Shown piece by piece: positions 62,690 through 64,000 of a DNA stretch of 64,000 nucleotides (position 1 is the stretch's first letter; each line of letters starts with the position of its first letter). A program made the position numbers and the translations under genes. The stretch comes from Squalus acanthias (Eukaryota). A model generated the notes under the pieces. That model was not told the DNA's origin. It saw only the letters and a program-made list of their open reading frames with translations, and searched no databases. The stretch covers positions 27,716,001 through 27,780,000 of the forward strand of contig CM059432.1 of assembly GCA_030390025.1 (NCBI GenBank). Direction: 5' to 3'.

Positions 62690-64000
62690 TCCCCCAGTCT
62701 AACTTACTTGTTTCTTTCTCCTTTCCCCATAAAAATATGTTTATGGAATATTTTTCTATATTCCTCATGTTTGGGACTGATCTTGCCAAATCTGATATTG
62801 TTGGAAAAATATGAGCTGTCATTTTGAAGAGGGGAGCTTTTCACGATCCTTTCCTATCTCCTTGAATCCTTTTCTATCAAATCATTACAAAATTAGGATG
62901 TGCCTTTGATTTTAAACAGTGAAAGTTGGTGATCTCCTCCATGAACCAACTTAATTACTGAGTTTGAGATTGAGTTGATTAATGCAGCATGCATCATTTC
63001 AGCTGTGATTCCATTCCAGTCCCAGTAACCCTGAGCTAGTTTCCATGTATTGTGTGCAGTACTGGTCACTATACAATGGAAATTATGTTGTGCTCCTTGC
63101 TTTGTGCAACAAGGACAGGACAATAAGATCACAAGAAAACTATGAATATGAGCACCATTTGGCTCCCCTTAGCTTGTCTTTCCAAAAAGATTAATAAGCT
63201 TTTGAATTTCTAAAGTTTTGGCCTTCATTATTTCAAACCTATGACCCCTGTTCTACAGTAGGTGAACAAAATGTTTAATAACTTGGATGCTTCTATACGG
63301 TTTCTCCACCTCCTCCCCATCTTCACCTATTGCTGACTTTTGAATTTGATGAAACCCAGTTTCTTTAATCTATCTTCATGGCCAGCATCTAAAGACTGAG
63401 CTATCAACCTTTTATGGCCCTTAGCGTCCAGGACTTGAATATTTCTCTCGTGTCTTGGTGATCAAAACTGGACACTAGTCTAGGTGTCCTCTAACTAGAA
63501 CATAATGAAGTTATAGCACAACATCCTCAGACTGGTACCCTACTAATTTTGGCACTAGTTTAGCATTGTTTGCTTTTAATTGCTGCTCTACAGACAGTGC
63601 TTTGACATGCCAAATCTACTAACTTCTCCAGATCTCTCTTGACCTCCCCTCTACGTATTTCTGCATTTTGTATGCAACATTTTTTTTCCCCGTATGTTGT
63701 ACCATACCTTTTTTTGAATCTGCATTAAATTTTATTTGCACTGTTCTGCTCATTTACAGATTTCTACCTAACTCCTCTAAGTCTGTGTGGTTATTTTTGC
63801 CTGAATCGACCTTTTTATCTCCAACTTGGCAAGTTTGAGTCCAGGTTGTTGATCTAAATTTAGAAATGGTTGAGGCCCCAGCATCAAGCCTTTGGGTGCT
63901 TCATTTAGTACCTCCAACCTCACTCAAACACCTACTGCATTTTTTTTTTCAGTCAATTACTTGTCCATTTCCAGATTTTTGCCATATATCCCCACCCACT
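62690..64000 (-). mobile_element. Highly degraded CR1 fragments
   Basis: Residual CR1 3'-region words (CCCCTGTTCTA, CAAAACTGGACAC...TAGGTG, ATTAAATTTTATTTGC, GGCCCCAGCA). Confidence 0.6.

Noticed and set aside
1..64000. Prokaryotic systems (CRISPR, retron, DGR, operons) suggested by the many RT ORFs
   Set aside because: All RTs are non-LTR LINE type (FADD/YADD with CR1, L2 or RTE flanking motifs); no repeat-spacer arrays; gene density is eukaryotic.

Overview
This is eukaryotic, TE-saturated, AT-rich DNA. The repeat set points to a cartilaginous fish (shark-like), an inference from recalled families without a database search: many CR1 LINEs with (ATTCT/TTCTATG)-type tails, DeuSINE/SacSINE1-like and HE1-like SINEs, and Penelope-like pLTR remnants. 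Roughly two thirds of the window is nested retroelements (several CR1 lineages, RTE, classical L2, a second CR1-group LINE) plus GC-rich PIF/Harbinger-type MITEs. All long ORFs are LINE ORF1/ORF2 remnants. The only host-gene signal is a CpG-rich promoter at ~16.9-17.7 kb (CCAAT, PBX/PREP, GC box, MYB, E2F and CHR motifs; several + strand donor sites). It is followed by candidate small + strand exons, the best at 47605-47697; I cannot name the gene. The most unusual structures are a 628-bp inverted duplication inside a near full-length CR1, a 60-bp near-perfect inverted repeat 2.3 kb apart, a tRNA-SINE head fused to a LINE body, a CR1 with two tandem 3' tails, a 53-bp RTE target duplication, a 66-nt hairpin and hammerhead-like cores in Penelope remnants. 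No CRISPR, rRNA, intact tRNA or prokaryotic system is evident. Boundaries of old repeats are approximate.
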